A stretch of 64,000 nucleotides of DNA, taken from the NCBI GenBank assembly GCA_963693365.1, contig CAVNZM010000010.1:4090159-4154158 (forward strand). Reading direction: 5' to 3'. Positions 58,869 to 64,000 of the stretch are shown here, piece by piece. Both the position numbers and the translations under genes were made by a program. Origin of the DNA: Amoebidium appalachense (Eukaryota; Protista; Ichthyosporea). Within the stretch, counting starts at the first letter, position 1, and each line of letters begins with the position of its first letter. The notes under the pieces were generated by a model. The model did no database searches, was not told the origin of the DNA, and saw only the letters and a list, made by a program, of their open reading frames with translations.

Positions 58869-58980
58869 GAAGTACCCACTTACTACGAACAACAGAATGC
58901 AGATGTTGCAAAGAACACACAAAGAATATGCATAATACGCAGATCACTTTCTCTGAGGCCCCCCAAATCATCGAGTTTCG
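58869..58980 (-). repeat. Dispersed repeat family, diverged copy 5 (a partial copy 6 lies at 59277-59365)
   Basis: GAAGTAC.CA...ACGA, TGCAGA..TTGCAAAG, CCCAA.TCATC and GAGTTTCG are colinear with copy 1. 59277-59365 shares TTTGAA...GGTACGAAGTAC and CAACAGAATGCAGAT.TTGCAA. Confidence 0.65.
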
Positions 58981-59371
58981 CGGTCACTACCGTGACTCTG
59001 AAGCGCGAAACCATCCACACCCTGCCATGATCAAGTACTGCTTTACTCGAACCTGGGTGGGTCACCCGTTATTTGTGCGAGCGCAGGCGTAACAGATAAG
59101 AGCACAGTGGGACCTAAAGAGGGAGAGGAAGTGGGGAAGGAGGGGAGGGGGAGAAGGGGGAGGGGATGGGAGCAAAATACATATATTTCAAATGAACACA
59201 CTTCACAATTCGACGAGCTGTTCCGACGTGAATTGCCTCGAGTGCAGTCGGAAGAGGGGGGAGGGGGGGGGGGGGGTTTGAAGGGCAGGGTACGAAGTAC
59301 ACATTTCACGACTTGCAACTGACCAACAGAATGCAGATTTTGCAATACATGTACATACAAAGAGCTTGCCG

Positions 59372-59409
<38 letters not shown>

Positions 59410-59678
59410 GGAAAGCGGGAGGGGGGGAAGGAGTGGGAGGGGGGGGGGGGGGGGGGGAGGGGAGGGGGGAAGGAGGAAATCAGTAGACATCGTGGGTACA
59501 AACAAGCATATGCTTCTTTTAGGTTGTACCTTCGGGAAAGGTGTAGACGAAACATACATTTTCCATCTCTACAGAAAAGCTTACGTTATTTATTATCAAA
59601 AGTGAGCATCCAGTGAGCATCCACGCCTAAGGCAGCTAAGTTAGAGGGTTAACATCAAAGTGGCTACAAAGAGCACAC

Positions 59679-60524
59679 CTAACGATACCTGGTTTGCGTC
59701 TTTTTCAGACAACTATCTACGAAGTCTGTAGCAGTTAGGACTCCTTCAAAAAGCAAAGCCCCTTTCGTTTTTATGCCATCAGGACAAACAGAAAACAAAC
59801 CCCGCCTCACAACCACAAAACTCGTCTTATATGCTGGTGTCATCTTCGAACCTGAACGCTTCCAGAGTTCATGTTCTATTGTTCGCGCCAGAGATTTCGG
59901 ATCCCTATCATTACAAACATTCTTGTTACAATCGTCGCTCGTTTCAGGGGCCGAACTAGTTGCTTCGGTGCTGCTTCCATCGTCATCCTCGCCATCTTCG
60001 ACGTCTAGAAGTGAAACATCGTCAACATCCATCGGTGTTTCCCCACTGTGGTTCAATGAGGTTTCTTGATCTTGTGCCCGCAGCTTGCACGCTTCCATGC
60101 TCGTTTCCAGCAGCTCACGCCCACGTTTTCTAACCATTTCGTTTCTTCCCCCAGTCCTAACCTCCACATATACTTTTGGTGCTTTTTCCTTCGCCAGAAC
60201 CCCCTTCCAATCATTCACTAACGCGGTCGCCAATTCTCTGATTTCATTATCGCTGCTCTTTCTCATCTTCCCGACCACTTTTGATATTCCCGTGTCGATC
60301 ATCATCTTGCTCGTTAGCGGGTAGCCTTTCAGTTTCCCTAGTACTTCGAGTCTCTCTTCACGGGTTGCTGCAGGGTTCGTTAACGTTTTCTTGTGAGTCT
60401 CCACCTCCTTTAGGTCGACTACCCTTCCCAGGCTCTCCAAAGTCACCTGCTTGAGTGATGCCGTCTTGCTTGGCTCCTTGCGTGGACGAGGAGGGAGCGG
60501 AGTTCGGATAACGAACCGGTCCAT
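59679..60524 (-). CDS. TCEANC2: TFIIS N-terminal (Med26/LW) domain protein, TCEANC2 ortholog, 281 aa, intronless
   Basis: Starts MDRFVIRTP; contains KQVTLESLGRVV, TGISKVVGKMRKSSDNEIRELATALVNDWK, VEVRT..NEMVRKRGRELL. Recognised from memory as matching the TCEANC2 layout. Confidence 0.85.
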   Translation of the reverse strand: MDRFVIRTPLPPRPRKEPSKTASLKQVTLESLGRVVDLKEVETHKKTLTNPAATREERLEVLGKLKGYPLTSKMMIDTGISKVVGKMRKSSDNEIRELATALVNDWKGVLAKEKAPKVYVEVRTGGRNEMVRKRGRELLETSMEACKLRAQDQETSLNHSGETPMDVDDVSLLDVEDGEDDDGSSTEATSSAPETSDDCNKNVCNDRDPKSLARTIEHELWKRSGSKMTPAYKTSFVVVRRGLFSVCPDGIKTKGALLFEGVLTATDFVDSCLKKTQTRYR

Positions 60525-60593
60525 TTTCTGTTGGTTGACCACGGCGAAAACACGGTGAAAGGCACCGCACAAAGAGTTCCCACTTATTAAAGC

Positions 60594-60961
<368 letters not shown>

Positions 60962-62327
60962 GCGCGCTCTCTCTCTTTCCCGCTCTCCCCCCCACTCTCT
61001 TTCTCTCTCCCCCGCCACCTGCCCTTTCCCTCCCTCGTTTTCTCTCTATCACTCTGTATTTCGCCTTGTCTCGCTCTCACTCCAACACACCCCTCTCCCT
61101 CACTTTCTCACTCGTTGTCTCTACAACGGTGAGACGCGTGTGTGTTGGCAGATGAGCTTTGTATGTGTGCGGGTTCTAGTAGTGCCTTCAGCTTAAAGAT
61201 TACTAATGAGAAGTGATATAGTGGTAATCATATTAAACCCACATAACCTGTGAGGTCGTGCGTTTAGCTAACACGTTTAGAAGTGCCTAAGCTGCCTCAT
61301 CGTTTTGTTTGACCCCGGTTTCACACTTATGCATTAGTAGGCTGGTAGCTTTCAGTGTGCTCACGAGCGTGCTTAGTTGACATTTTTGAGTATAAAGAAA
61401 TCGTTGATTTTCATAGACCTATTTGAAAACCTAGTTGTAGAACTAATTGTACATGTATACTGAAACTTGGAAAGCCATCAATCCTACTGTAGCCCAGGTT
61501 TATACAACGGTTGCCCCAAAAGTTGAACTTCACTTGAAACGCTCTGTGGAATGCTCTGTGGTGGTCATGTACGTTGTGACGTCACATACCACCAGATTTA
61601 ACACATTTCGTAATTGGCTACAAATCATTTAAATATCGCAATTTAGCACTTGATTGGTTTTTCTAATGGGCATTGGAAATTCCAGGGCGATCATAACGGT
61701 CACAACGCGCTCACGGCTCCAAAAACACAAAACTTCGGGTGGAAGTGCAAGGTCAGATAGGGAAGGAAGGGAAGGAGGGAGCCTTCTAAAGCGAAGGAAC
61801 ATTGCTCGTTTTGGGACTGAGCAACGGACGTTTATGACACTTATTAAGGTTTATTTAAAGGGTTCTGAACGCGTGGATGTGGAAAAGTGAGTGATTGTTG
61901 GAAGGCTGTATAGGAGTTCAGTGTGCAGGAGGCAACCGTTTGACCCGAATACTTTCATCTGCTTTTTCTTAGTTGTTGGGTCAGAAGCTTACTGCGGAGC
62001 CATTTCAGCTTTGAAAATTCTCTACGCCACCAAGCAACAATCCAAAGGGTAAGTTTTTTGTTGTGTGACCCTTTGTCTCTTTTTCAAACAGTAGGTTTAG
62101 GTAGGGGAGGCTGGGTGTTGATTGCACTACGTGAATCCTTCGTGTTGTGTGTGTCCCCAACATCTGCAGCCCGGATGATCAGGTCTCAAGATTGCGAGGC
62201 CGCGATGAATCCAATCATTTTGATGTTCTTAAATAAGTCTTTTACACTCAAGTTCTCTCTGCTGTTGTAGAGCCAAGACATCTGTTAACTCAACCCTGAT
62301 CTGCAGAAGTGCTGTTAATGCCTTTAC

Positions 62328-63005
62328 CACGTGCTGTTCAACAGGTTCGTTTGATATTTCGTTGATGCCCTTGTCGCATCTTTGCGAGCGTTCGTAGCGC
62401 ACTCTCTATCAAAGTCGTGCTGCATAGAATTTTAGCCGGTCTTGAGCAGTTTTTCTACTCCGATGCCTCGCAAAAGCCTAACTCCCCACCAGTGCTCCCC
62501 CCCCCCCCCCCCCTTCCCCTCTCCCCCCCCTTCTCTTCCTTCCCCCTCCCCCCTTCCCCCTCCCCCTTCGGTTTCTCTCCTTTACACCATACTTTGGGAA
62601 TTTCCTTCTTTCTTGTGGATAGGAATAATGCCTTACCGTGGATCTGGGTTCTCCACAGGTTCTTCTCCTAAACACTGCGGTCGGGATTGTAGTGTCGGGC
62701 ACGGTTGCCCGTTTCATTCGCACGAGTGTAATGTTGCCAGTTTCTTGTGCAAGAGGCACTAATCATCACTAGAAATGACAAATACAAGAGCGTTGATTTA
62801 CAAGTGAAGGCACCATGGGGTCCAACAACGTCTCGGACCTGCCTGTGCTCAAACCCGGAACAGAGGTTGGTGTGTGGACTGATGTTCTCTGATGTGAACA
62901 AATCATTTTTTTTTTGCTTGAGTTTTTTTCACATATCGATTGATGAATTCGATCCTGAGTGAAGTTCTTGATTCTCACCGCTTGACTGAGAAGTGGAGCC
63001 TTCGA
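62328..63005 (-). CDS. Possible internal or 3' exons of an unknown gene entering from the right edge
   Basis: Short non-repetitive blocks bounded by AG/GT sites (63005-62979 aacag|..|gtgag; 62667-62637 ttag|..|gtaag; 62477-62328 ttag|..|gtaaag). They could not be assembled into a recognisable protein. Confidence 0.25.
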
Positions 63006-63771
63006 CTGTTTTGTTCTTTCTCTCTCTCTCTCTCTCCCCCCCCCCCCCCCCCCCCCCCCCCCACACACACACACAGGAAGAAAGAATTATTCACACTCCC
63101 AGATTACTGTTGCACGATCCATCTACATGCACTGTGCTCAATCCCCCTTCTCCTCTCCCCGTCCCACCGTCTGTCTCCACCCACTTACACACAGCACACA
63201 CACACACACACACACACACAAGAACTTCTACTGCAGCCCTCCCCCCCCCCCCCCCCCCCACCCACCCACCCCACCCCCTCCCCCCTCCCTCCACCCGCAC
63301 GTGAGTGACACACAAATCAACACTCTCTCACCCGCGTGCAAGCACAAATGCACACCTGGCCCCATGTTTCAAAATCCTCACCGCCCCCTTTCTCCCACTC
63401 ATGCCTTCACCCCATTCCGAGCCGTTTTATGCTCTTGCCTCCTCATCTCATCCAATAACCGTGTACTCTCTTACTTCACCTCATTTGACAATGACCATGT
63501 TTTCCTTCAACCATCTCATCAGGTCACAGCCCGGTTCCGTGGTGCGTTCTGCCTGGCTAAGGTGACACGTGTTCAGCCACACGTGACTGTGACGGTTGCA
63601 TTTGAGGACAGAAGCCTCGGCAGTGCCACAGTAGATGCTAGTGATGTGGTGGGGAACATACGGACAAAGGCACGAGTGCAGGTGTGTGGTGTGTTTGTGT
63701 GTACCTTGTATCTGTCTCTGCCTCTGTCTCTCTGTCTCCTTTCTTCTCTCTCCCTCTCTCTCCCTCTCTTG

Positions 63772-63803
<32 letters not shown>

Positions 63804-64000
63804 TCTCTCTCTCTCTCTCTCTCTCGCTCTCCATCCCCTCCGCCCCTCTCTCTCCCCCCTCTCTTGCTCTCTCCTTCCCCCCTTTCTCCCCCCCCCCCCC
63901 CCCCCCCTCTCTCTCTTGTCTCTTTTCCCTTTACCTTTCTTCTCGTTCTATTCCTCTTGCTCTCACACTTTGTCACAAACTTTTTCATTACCCCTCCCCC

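Overview
Eukaryotic nuclear DNA from an intron-rich genome. Introns and intergenic spaces are saturated with poly-G/poly-C tracts and (CA)n/(GA)n/(TGCG)n microsatellites, which produce nearly all of the ORF-track entries; those entries are not genes. Splicing by hand with GT-AG sites and consistent phases gave these minus-strand host genes: (1) a 4-exon class C-type 7TM receptor whose ectodomain looks like a bacterial type II solute-binding protein; (2) a 20-exon, ~1121 aa membrane-anchored receptor L-domain/LRR-like surface protein; (3) a 12-exon SETD7 (SET7/9) ortholog; (4) an intronless TCEANC2 ortholog; and a few small unknown genes. Mobile DNA includes a decayed Ty1/copia element with an A-tailed retroposon nested in gag (15-bp TSD), an apparently intact two-ORF LINE, a non-autonomous hAT element (8-bp TSD) and a TTAA-flanked fold-back element. 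An orphan 248-bp 18S rRNA fragment is also present. Two patterns are unexplained. First, four independent tandem 'echoes' of exon-intron junctions are copied into the adjacent introns. Second, a ~170-bp dispersed repeat family is always co-oriented with the host genes and has C/D-box-like architecture. Gene content and the 18S fragment suggest a non-animal opisthokont, possibly a unicellular holozoan; this is inference, and no database searches were run.
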